Positions 26,605 through 34,357 of a stretch of 40,382 bases of DNA are shown here, piece by piece. Positions within the stretch are counted from its first letter, which is position 1, and each line of letters starts with the position of its first letter. Where the stretch lies: positions 1-40,382 of the forward strand of contig CAMYIS010000105.1 in assembly GCA_947258485.1 (NCBI GenBank). The letters are read 5' to 3'. Source of the stretch: an uncultured Woeseiaceae bacterium. GTDB lineage: Bacteria; Pseudomonadota; Gammaproteobacteria; Steroidobacterales; Woeseiaceae. The notes under the pieces are model-generated. The model saw only the letters and a list, made by a program, of their open reading frames with translations, ran no database searches and had not been told where the DNA came from. A program made the translations under genes and the position numbers.

Positions 26605-27549
26605 TCAGCGCGACCTCCGCCTCAGCGCCGCCTGCAAAGTGCTGACCGGGTCTTCGTCGGTGGACATCGGCATAAGGTGTACGCCGTAGCGCTGGCAAAA
26701 CGCCTCCAGTTCACGAAGGCGTTGCTCGAATGCATTGTGATAGTCACGTCGCGCTGCCGTTGCATACGTATCGATTTCAAGTTCGTCGTCCGCGGATACG
26801 AGGCGATACCGACCGGGCGGCGGCAACTCTCGCTCCATCGGATCATTCATAAACACCGCGAGCACCTCGTTGTGGCGCGCCACGCTGGATAGATAGGATT
26901 GTGCGCCCCGCGTAAAGCCCGTGAAGTCGCTAATCACGATGACGAGGCTGCCGGGCCGTGCAACCCGTCGCAGCGAGGACATTGCCTGCATTAGCAGTTC
27001 CGAACTCTGAGGGGCGGCGCTGTCACGATGCGCCCAGTCACGATGACCGACAAGTTCGTGAACGAAGCGCAGCGCAGCCGTCCGGCCGAGTCGCGGCTTG
27101 AGCTCGCGGTGCGTCGTGTCGCCAAAAATAATGCCGCCGAGGCGATCGCCGCGATGGTGCGCCGCCCACGCAAGCAGTGCAGCAGCCCGACTCGCGTTAA
27201 CCGACTTGAAACAGCCTTGCGTTGCGAAATGCATCGTGGAACGTAGATCGACAACCAGCAGCACGGGTCGCTCACGCTCCTCGCGAAACAGCTTGGTATA
27301 GGCCGTCGCGCTGCGCGCGGTAACGCGCCAGTCAATGCTTCGAGGATCGTCCCCGGGCTGATACGGACGCGATTCGTCGAACTCCATTCCGCGCCCACGA
27401 AAATGCGACACATAAGCGCCGGTCTGCAATGAGTTCACGTGCAACACATCGAGCGCAATGGCTCGTGCCGGCCCGCTGAGCCGGATCAGGTCGGCCTGGC
27501 TGACACTGACCGGCGATGCGTCCGCGGGAATGTGGTCCAGCCGGGGCAC
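26605..27549 (-). CDS. DUF58 domain protein (MoxR-associated, VWA-like)
   Basis: 314-aa ORF. The hallmark is FDESRPYQPGDDPRSIDWRVTAR. It overlaps the moxR stop by 1 nt. Confidence 0.85.
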   Translation of the reverse strand: MPRLDHIPADASPVSVSQADLIRLSGPARAIALDVLHVNSLQTGAYVSHFRGRGMEFDESRPYQPGDDPRSIDWRVTARSATAYTKLFREERERPVLLVVDLRSTMHFATQGCFKSVNASRAAALLAWAAHHRGDRLGGIIFGDTTHRELKPRLGRTAALRFVHELVGHRDWAHRDSAAPQSSELLMQAMSSLRRVARPGSLVIVISDFTGFTRGAQSYLSSVARHNEVLAVFMNDPMERELPPPGRYRLVSADDELEIDTYATAARRDYHNAFEQRLRELEAFCQRYGVHLMPMSTDEDPVSTLQAALRRRSR

Positions 27550-28520
27550 TAGGGCACTCCGACACCGTCCAGAACGCCTTTGATCACAGAATCGGCGTCG
27601 ACGCCGTCAGCTTCGGCTTCGAAACTCAAGACCAACCTGTGACGCAGGACGTCCGGCGCTATCGCCTGGATGTCTTCCGGACCTACGAAATCCCGGCCGG
27701 CCAGCCACGCATGCGCGCGCGCGCCGCGATCGATACCCATGCAGGCTCGCGGGCTCGCGCCGTATTGCACCTGGCCCTCCAGTGCCGGGTCAACCGCACC
27801 CGGGTTCCTAGTTGCGACGACGACGTTGACGATGTATTCCTCGAGCTCGGGGGCGAGGTGCAGGTTCAGGATGTCCTGGCGAGCCTGCATGATCGAGTCC
27901 ATCGACAGCAGTTCAGGCGGCTGGAACATATCGCGCCGGGCCTGCTTCGCTTCGTTGCGATTTAAGACGAGGATGCGTCGTTCGTCCGCAACGCTCGGGT
28001 AACCGACCTCGACGTGCAACAGGAAGCGATCGAGCTGTGCCTCGGGCAGCGGATAGGTACCCTCCTGCTCGATCGGGTTCTGGGTGGCCATCACCATGAA
28101 AAGGCTTTCGAGCGGGTAACTTTTGTCACCCACCGAAATCTGTCGCTCCTCCATCGCCTCGAGCAATGCCGACTGCACTTTTGCGGGCGCACGATTGATC
28201 TCGTCCGCGAGGATCAGGTTGTGAAACAGCGGACCTTTGCGGAATTCAAACGTGCCCTCTTGTGGACGATAAATGTCGGTACCGGTGAGATCAGCCGGCA
28301 GCAGGTCGGGCGTGAACTGCAAGCGGTGGAAATCGCCTTCGATGCTGTCGGCAAGCACCTTGATTGCGCGGGTCTTGGCGAGCCCCGGCGCACCTTCCAC
28401 GAGCAGGTGGCCGTCGCAAAGCAAAGCGATCAACATCCTGTTGATCAGGTGGGCCTGACCTATAATCAGCCCACTCGCGTGTGCTTCGAGTTTCTGAAAC
28501 TGTTCTGCGACGCTCATCAA
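27549..28520 (-). CDS. moxR: MoxR-family AAA+ ATPase
   Basis: 323-aa ORF. Walker A is LLVEGAPGLAKT. Walker B is LILADEINRAP. The MoxR-type C-terminus includes GASPRA. Confidence 0.9.
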   Translation of the reverse strand: MMSVAEQFQKLEAHASGLIIGQAHLINRMLIALLCDGHLLVEGAPGLAKTRAIKVLADSIEGDFHRLQFTPDLLPADLTGTDIYRPQEGTFEFRKGPLFHNLILADEINRAPAKVQSALLEAMEERQISVGDKSYPLESLFMVMATQNPIEQEGTYPLPEAQLDRFLLHVEVGYPSVADERRILVLNRNEAKQARRDMFQPPELLSMDSIMQARQDILNLHLAPELEEYIVNVVVATRNPGAVDPALEGQVQYGASPRACMGIDRGARAHAWLAGRDFVGPEDIQAIAPDVLRHRLVLSFEAEADGVDADSVIKGVLDGVGVP

Positions 28521-28711
28521 TAACTCCGAAGGATAATGCGGCGTGCCATTCTAGATAGGATGCGGGGACAGGCCAACCGGTCGCGGACGTTTTTATTCAA
28601 AATTGGACCCACTTCAGTAGTATTGACCCCAATTCCGACCACGCCAGGGCCGATACATTGCAAGCAATCAGTGAAAAAGCGTGCCGAACCAGCCGCCTGC
28701 CTGTGTCCGGG

Positions 28712-29245
28712 ATGGTATTGCTGGCGCTTCTCTGGGCCTGCGAACGGGCACCTGCCCCCGAAGCTTCGCCACAAGACGCGGAGATCATGGCCATGCCGAG
28801 CTGCGGCAGCAATGGGCGGCTCGCGACACAACTTTACGGCAGTATCGCGCGACAAATCAGCTGGTCCTCTGGCGAGCTGGGGTGCGAGAGTATGTTGCGC
28901 CCGGAGGGCAAAGGTATTCGCCTGCGCTTTACGGGTGTTGCCGCTGATAGCCGGCTCGCGTTCATCCTGGCGCTGCCGGAGCTGCAGCGCGGTAGTACGG
29001 TCGTGGAGTCGCCGACCGTCGTCACATTGACCGTTGAAGGCAGTGGCCGGTTTTTCAGCACCCCAACGCTTGAAACCTGCTGGTCAGACATCGCGGCCCA
29101 GGACCTTATCGATGACGGCAGCGACCGCTACAACATCAGCGGCACGCTTTATTGCGTTGCACCGCTTGGAGAGATCAACGGCGACGCTGCCATCTCGATA
29201 CCGGAGCTCGAGTTCAGCGGCATCATCGACTGGAGCGCAAAATGA
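28712..29245 (+). CDS. Hypothetical lipoprotein
   Basis: Track ORF 28658..29245. I set the start at the ATG at 28712 (MVLLALLWAC, lipobox-like). I recognise no family motif. Its stop overlaps the next start (ATGA). Confidence 0.5.
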   Translation: MVLLALLWACERAPAPEASPQDAEIMAMPSCGSNGRLATQLYGSIARQISWSSGELGCESMLRPEGKGIRLRFTGVAADSRLAFILALPELQRGSTVVESPTVVTLTVEGSGRFFSTPTLETCWSDIAAQDLIDDGSDRYNISGTLYCVAPLGEINGDAAISIPELEFSGIIDWSAK

Positions 29246-29763
29246 TCCGGCCACTCCTGTTGCCAATCCTGGCCGCCGCAGTCCTCGCCACTAATGCCGC
29301 TTGCAGCCCGCAACCCGCGCCCAAAACATCCAGCGCCTCGACCCTCGAATCGATGTTCGAAATCGACGAGCTTGTCATCCTCGCCAATGACGGTTCCCGT
29401 CACGTATTTGATGTGTATCTCGCGACCACTCCGGAGCAGCAGCGCCGCGGCCTGATGTTTGTTCGGAGTTTGCCCGAGCGCACGGGCATGTTGTTCGTGT
29501 ATGACGATGACGGTGTACGCTCGATGTGGATGAAGAACACCTACATCTCGCTCGACATTGTATTTGCACGTGGCGACGGCACGATTTCGTCGGTCATACA
29601 TGACACGCAACCGCTTTCGCTAAGCTCCTTGAGCGCCACTGAACCCGTCCGATTTGTGCTCGAACTCAACGCCGGTGTTGCGCGGCGCCTGAACATCGGG
29701 GCTGGCAGTCAACTCATCTGGAAGGCGGATCAGAGCACGGCGGCTATAGCATCGGCCAGGTAG
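29242..29763 (+). CDS. DUF192 domain protein, secreted
   Basis: Track ORF 29152..29763. I set the start at the ATG at 29242 (MIRPLLLPILAAAVLATNAAC). The DUF192 core is RRGLMFVRSLPERTGMLFVYDDDGVRSMWMKNTYISLDIVF. Confidence 0.75.
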   Translation: MIRPLLLPILAAAVLATNAACSPQPAPKTSSASTLESMFEIDELVILANDGSRHVFDVYLATTPEQQRRGLMFVRSLPERTGMLFVYDDDGVRSMWMKNTYISLDIVFARGDGTISSVIHDTQPLSLSSLSATEPVRFVLELNAGVARRLNIGAGSQLIWKADQSTAAIASAR

Positions 29764-30911
29764 TTCACGTTATGCGCTGTGATGCCCGCCGTATTGATGC
29801 GGCTGGAATCGACCATGTAGACACCATAGTCTTTTTTCAGGCGCGCAACCTGTTCGGCGGTTACGCCCAGGAAGCAGAACATGCCGACGGCACGCACCAG
29901 GTGAGAAAAATCATGCTCCGGCGCCCTGGCAGTTAGCGCATCATTCAGCAACACGCGCATTTCACGCAATCGGGCCCGCATCGTTGCAAGCTCGACTCGC
30001 CATGCGGCTTTCAGCTCCGGGTCATTCAGGATGGTTGCGACGACCACGGCGCCATGATCCGGCGGCACCGAGTAGATGGTTCTGACCACGTTGTTGACCT
30101 GGCTGTAAACCGTGTCTCTCGACGCTGCGTCGGCGGAGAGTATTGATAACGTGCCCACGCGATCACGGTAGAGGCCAAAGTTTTTCGAACAGGAGTTTGT
30201 CACGATCATCTCCGGCACGCGTCCGGCCATGTGCCGAACCGGAAATGCATCGGCGTTGATACTTTCCGCGAACCCCTGGTACGCCATGTCGATAAACGGC
30301 ACGAGCTCGCGCTCGACAATGACATCGGCAATAGCGCGCCACTCGTCTTCAGAAGGATCGAGGCCGGACGGGTTATGGCAGCAGGCGTGTAGTAGCACGA
30401 GGTCGCCCGCCGGTACCTGGCGCAGGGTTTCGAGCATCGCATCGATACGAATCACGTGTTTTTCCGTGTCGTAATACGGATAGGGTTTGAGCGTCAGACC
30501 GGCGCCGCCCAGCAACGGGATATGATTTGCCCAGGTCGGATCACTGACCCAAACGGTCGCTTCCGGACGCGCGCGCAGTATCAGGCTCGCGGCAACACGC
30601 AACGAGCCCGAGCCACCCGGCGCCTGAATCGTCATCAGGCGATCCACGTCGACGGCATCGGCAAACGTCATCGCTTGCATCGCAGCATTAAATGAGGGAT
30701 CGCCGGCCGTTCCAATGTAGGCCTTGCTGCTCTGGGTATCCACGAGCCGTTGCTCGGCTATCTTCACGACGTCGAGTACGGGCGTCTCGCCCTCGGCTGT
30801 GCGAAACACACCGACGCCCAGGTCGACCTTTTGCGGACGAGGGTCGTTTGCGTGTTCGGTAATCAGGCCGAGAATGGCGTCGGCAGGTGCCGGCTTGAGT
30901 GTTTCAAACAA
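29730..30911 (-). CDS. Class I aspartate/aromatic amino acid aminotransferase (AspC/TyrB type)
   Basis: The 393-aa product is collinear with E. coli AspC. Shared stretches are MFETLKPAPADAILGL, LGVGVF, CCHNPSG, the PLP lysine in SCSKNFGLYRDRVG, and the C-terminus AIAAVL. The TTG start is preceded by GGGAGAA. Confidence 0.9.
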   Translation of the reverse strand: MFETLKPAPADAILGLITEHANDPRPQKVDLGVGVFRTAEGETPVLDVVKIAEQRLVDTQSSKAYIGTAGDPSFNAAMQAMTFADAVDVDRLMTIQAPGGSGSLRVAASLILRARPEATVWVSDPTWANHIPLLGGAGLTLKPYPYYDTEKHVIRIDAMLETLRQVPAGDLVLLHACCHNPSGLDPSEDEWRAIADVIVERELVPFIDMAYQGFAESINADAFPVRHMAGRVPEMIVTNSCSKNFGLYRDRVGTLSILSADAASRDTVYSQVNNVVRTIYSVPPDHGAVVVATILNDPELKAAWRVELATMRARLREMRVLLNDALTARAPEHDFSHLVRAVGMFCFLGVTAEQVARLKKDYGVYMVDSSRINTAGITAHNVNYLADAIAAVL

Positions 30912-30923
30912 GGTAGTTCTCCC

Positions 30924-30949
30924 AAAAACGCCGGCTAAAGAGCCGGCGT
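30924..30949 (-). terminator. Rho-independent terminator downstream of the HiPIP gene
   Basis: On the minus strand an 8-bp stem acgccggc/gccggcgt with a 6-nt loop is followed by TTTTT (30928 down to 30924). Confidence 0.7.
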
Positions 30950-30974
30950 CTCTGGGAGCATTGTAACGATATTA

Positions 30975-31298
30975 TCAGGCTTTGGGAGCCCAAACCGAAC
31001 ACCAGCCTGCAGCTGCAACAGCCTTGCCCGGGAAAATCTGGCAAGGACGCCACGCGTCGCCATCATTGCCCTGTATCAGGGCGCAGTTGGCGCAGTTCTG
31101 CTCGGCGGCCGGGTTGTTGCGGGTTGCGGGATCGACTGACGATGCGTCCTCAGTGTATTTCATGGCAGCTGCCATCGGGTCGTCGACCGACAGGTGCGGC
31201 AAATCGCCGGCCTGTGCCTGGCGCGCGGGTGCTACGAAGCAGCCGGCAGCGGCTACGGCTGACAGCTGGATAAACTTGCGGCGTGCGATCTTGCTCAA
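30975..31298 (-). CDS. High-potential iron-sulfur protein (HiPIP), Tat-exported
   Basis: 107-aa ORF with a TTG start after AAGGAGA. The Tat signal is RRKFIQLSAVAAAG. The Cys pattern is CANCALIQ...WRPCQIFPGKAVAAAGWCSVW. Confidence 0.9.
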   Translation of the reverse strand: MSKIARRKFIQLSAVAAAGCFVAPARQAQAGDLPHLSVDDPMAAAMKYTEDASSVDPATRNNPAAEQNCANCALIQGNDGDAWRPCQIFPGKAVAAAGWCSVWAPKA

Positions 31299-31516
31299 GG
31301 GAGTCTCCTTAAATGCGGTTTTGCGCCGGTACCACCGGCGACAAATAGTCTAAACCAGATTGATGCACCGGGGCGCATTTTATTGCATGTACCTGAACGG
31401 CAGCAAAACACGATAGGCGCATGATTTTGATCAATTTTTGAGAACGATTCTCATTACGGCCTGCAGGCCCCGGTGCTGCGATATACTGCCTTCCCAACAT
31501 CCCGCAGCAGCACTGC

Positions 31517-32337
31517 ATGCCAGGCAACAGTCTCCCCATCACGATAAGCGAAATCCGCGGCGCAGCATGCCGTTCGCGGGACGATCGGGTTGCCGTCGAG
31601 GAACCCCTGGAAATCCGGCTCGGTTACGAGACTGCGTCTGGCCGCAGCGAAAGCAGCATCTCGATCACGATGCGCACGCCAGGACATGACGCTGAACTCG
31701 CCACCGGCTTTCTGTTCACGGAGTCCATCATCCGCGACCCCGCGGATATCGCGCTGGTAAAGCCCTGTGGACCACCTGCGCCGGACAGCGGCAATCACAA
31801 TGTAATACGTGTCGAACTGGAGTCGGGTGTAGACGTCGATCTCGATCGCCTGCAGAGGCACTTCTATACCACCTCGAGCTGCGGCGTATGCGGCAAGACA
31901 TCGCTCGACGCACTGCGCATTTCCGGCGCCACCAGGCGACCTCTCGACGACACACGATTCAGCAGGGCAATGCTGACGACGCTTCCCGACAAGCTTCGCG
32001 CCGCGCAGAAGACCTTCGACGAAACCGGTGGACTTCATGCCGCTGCGGCATTCAACCCGGACGGCGAATTACTCGTCACGCACGAGGATGTCGGGCGTCA
32101 TAATGCTGTAGACAAAGTGGTGGGCACGTTATTATCTCGTAACTTGTTGCCTGCGAATGACCTCGGACTGATGGTCTCCGGCAGAGCCAGCTTCGAGCTC
32201 ATGCAAAAGGCGCTGATGGCGGGAATGCCGATCCTGGCGGCGGTCAGCGCGCCGTCGAGCCTTGCGGTCGACCTGTGGTGGGTTTTCTGCGTGGCGACAA
32301 CTTCAACATTTATGCGGCAGAGGAACGGATAGTCTGA
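31517..32337 (+). pseudogene. fdhD: Formate dehydrogenase accessory sulfurtransferase FdhD with an internal out-of-frame micro-deletion
   Basis: The frame from the ATG at 31517 is canonical through SSCGVCGKTSLDAL, HEDVGRHNAVDK and ILAAVSAPSSLAVDL (L codon 32273-32275). It then reads WWVFCVATTSTFMRQRNG to a stop at 32330-32332. The +1 frame from 32275 reads VVGFLRGDNFNIYAAEERIV, the canonical FdhD C-terminus, and stops at a TGA (32335-32337) that overlaps the fdsG ATG. About 7 residues (a helix, as in E. coli AERCNLT) are missing at the junction. Confidence 0.7.
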
Positions 32338-32807
32338 TGGCGGCACCATGCATCGACAGGGAAACCACGAGTGAGATCGTCAGGCAATTCGGCGCAAAGC
32401 CCGAAATGCTAGTGCAAATACTGCAGGCTATCGTCATGCGCTACGGCTGGGTTCCTGAAGAGACGATCCGGCAACTTGCCGACGAGGTGAACCTCTCACG
32501 TGCCGATGTTTTCGGCGTTGTGACCTATTACCACGACTTTAGAACCGAACCGCCTGGCGAACACATCGTCAAGATTTGTCAGGCCGAAGCGTGCCAGGCG
32601 ATGGGAAGTCGCGCACTGACGGATCACGCACGCGAGTCACTCGGAGCCGCTCTGCACGAAACAAGCGAGGACATCACTCTCGAACCTGTGTATTGCCTCG
32701 GCAACTGCGCCTGTGCTCCCGCCGTAATGATCGACGGTAAGACTCATGGCCGCGTTAACCAGGCTCGTTTCGACAAACTCGTCGGTGCGATGAAGGAAAG
32801 CCGGTGA
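32337..32807 (+). CDS. fdsG: NAD-dependent formate dehydrogenase gamma subunit (NuoE-like 2Fe-2S)
   Basis: The ATG at 32337 lies inside track ORF 32262..32807. The product reads MAAPCIDRETTSEIV..LSRADVFGVVTYYHDFR..ICQAEACQAMG..VYCLGNCACAPAVMIDG. Confidence 0.85.
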   Translation: MAAPCIDRETTSEIVRQFGAKPEMLVQILQAIVMRYGWVPEETIRQLADEVNLSRADVFGVVTYYHDFRTEPPGEHIVKICQAEACQAMGSRALTDHARESLGAALHETSEDITLEPVYCLGNCACAPAVMIDGKTHGRVNQARFDKLVGAMKESR

Positions 32808-34357
32808 AGTCACGCATCAAAATTTACGTGCCGCGCGAGACATCTTCAGTTTCGGTGGGCGCCGACGACGTCGCACTCGAAATTGCACGTGAAGCGAAGC
32901 GCACCGGCACAAGCATTGAACTGATTCGCAACGGTTCCTGGGGTGCGACGTGGCTCGAGCCCCTTGTCGAAGTCGAGGTCGACGGGGCCCGCATTGCCTA
33001 CGGCAACGTAAGTACGTCAGACGTGCCCGGGATGTTTGCAGCAGGCCTCGTCGAAGGTGGCGAACACCCGCGTCGCCTTGGTCCGATTATGGAAGTAGAC
33101 TACCTGATCCGACAGGACCGCTGGACCTTCTGGCGCTGCGGGCTGATCGATCCGCTTTCATTAGACGACTTCCGCGCACACAAGGGCTTCGCGGCCCTGG
33201 AAAAGGCTTTTAGCGACGGTGCTGACGCCGTGCTTGATGCCGTAAGCGAATCCGGATTGCGCGGCCGCGGTGGCGCCGGTTTTCCGACCGGCATCAAGTG
33301 GCGCACTGTCGCCGAAACCGAAGCCGACCAGAAATATATCGCGTGTAACGCCGACGAAGGTGACAGCGGCACGTTCTCAGACCGCATGCTCATGGAGGGA
33401 GATCCGCTCGGCCTTATCGAAAGTATGGCTATTGCCGGCTTCGCGGTCGGTGCAAGCAAGGGCTATATCTACCTGCGTTCGGAGTACCCACTGACTCATC
33501 CGATACTCGCTCGTGCGCTCGACGTCGCCAGGGAAAGCGGCTGGCTTGGCACGAATATTCAGGACAGCGGTTTTGACTTCGACATCGAACTGCACCTCGG
33601 CGCGGGCTCGTACGTCTGCGGTGAAGAAACTGCGATGCTCGAAAGTCTCGAAGGCAAGAAAGGCATCGTTCGCTACAAGCCGCCGCTGCCTGCGCACGAA
33701 GGGCTGTTCGGCAAACCGACCGTCGTGAACAACGTCGTTACGCTCGGTTCGGTTCCGAACATTATTAATCTCGGCGCCGAGCAGTATTCGCGGATGGGCG
33801 TTAACCGCTCCAAAGGTACGCTCGCGTTCCAGCTGGCCGGTAATATCAAACGCGGTGGCCTTGTCGAAAAATCGTTCGGCATCACGCTTCGTGAACTGAT
33901 CGAGGACTGGGGCGGTGGCACCGCGAGCGGCCGGCCCGTCAAAGCCGTGCAGGTCGGTGGTCCGCTGGGCGCGTACCTGACCGCCGCACAGCTCGATATA
34001 GCGCTCGACTACGAAGCATTTGTCGATATCGGCGCCATGATCGGCCACGGCGGCATCGTGGTATTCGATGACACGGTAGACATGGCGCAACAGGCACGTT
34101 TTGCCATGGAGTTTTGTGCAATCGAGTCCTGTGGCAAGTGCACACCCTGTAGAATAGGCTCCACACGGGGCGTAGAGGTGATCGATCGCATGATTGCGGG
34201 CGAAAACCGGGAAGAAAACTATGATTTACTGGTCGAACTCTGTGACACCATGGAAGGCGCCTCCCTCTGCGCGATGGGGGGAATGACGCCCTACCCGGTC
34301 AGGAGCGTGCTGAAGCACTTCGCAGAAGACTTCGCGTCTTCCGGAGACAAGCCATGA
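32804..34357 (+). CDS. fdsB: NAD-dependent formate dehydrogenase beta subunit (NuoF-like, FMN/NAD/4Fe-4S)
   Basis: 517-aa ORF. Motifs are GLRGRGGAGFPTGIKW, CNADEGDSGTF and ESCGKCTPCRIG. Its start overlaps the fdsG stop (GTGA). Confidence 0.9.
   Translation: MKSRIKIYVPRETSSVSVGADDVALEIAREAKRTGTSIELIRNGSWGATWLEPLVEVEVDGARIAYGNVSTSDVPGMFAAGLVEGGEHPRRLGPIMEVDYLIRQDRWTFWRCGLIDPLSLDDFRAHKGFAALEKAFSDGADAVLDAVSESGLRGRGGAGFPTGIKWRTVAETEADQKYIACNADEGDSGTFSDRMLMEGDPLGLIESMAIAGFAVGASKGYIYLRSEYPLTHPILARALDVARESGWLGTNIQDSGFDFDIELHLGAGSYVCGEETAMLESLEGKKGIVRYKPPLPAHEGLFGKPTVVNNVVTLGSVPNIINLGAEQYSRMGVNRSKGTLAFQLAGNIKRGGLVEKSFGITLRELIEDWGGGTASGRPVKAVQVGGPLGAYLTAAQLDIALDYEAFVDIGAMIGHGGIVVFDDTVDMAQQARFAMEFCAIESCGKCTPCRIGSTRGVEVIDRMIAGENREENYDLLVELCDTMEGASLCAMGGMTPYPVRSVLKHFAEDFASSGDKP

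Noticed and set aside
33377-34090. 237-aa minus-strand ORF inside fdsB, plus similar shadows at 34226..34744, 36056..36649 and 37061..37669
   Set aside because: All lie antisense to genes with unambiguous motifs (NuoF-like, Mo-bisPGD, NhaC). They are shadow ORFs of GC-rich DNA.
34355-34357. In-frame TGA between fdsB and the fdsA body as a selenocysteine or programmed read-through codon
   Set aside because: It is the natural fdsB stop in an ATGA coupling motif. The Mo-ligand position of this FdsA is a Cys (CARVCHSP), so the enzyme is not a selenoprotein at the usual site, and I see no SECIS-like hairpin immediately downstream. A 5' deletion or indel is the simpler explanation, although read-through cannot be excluded without data.
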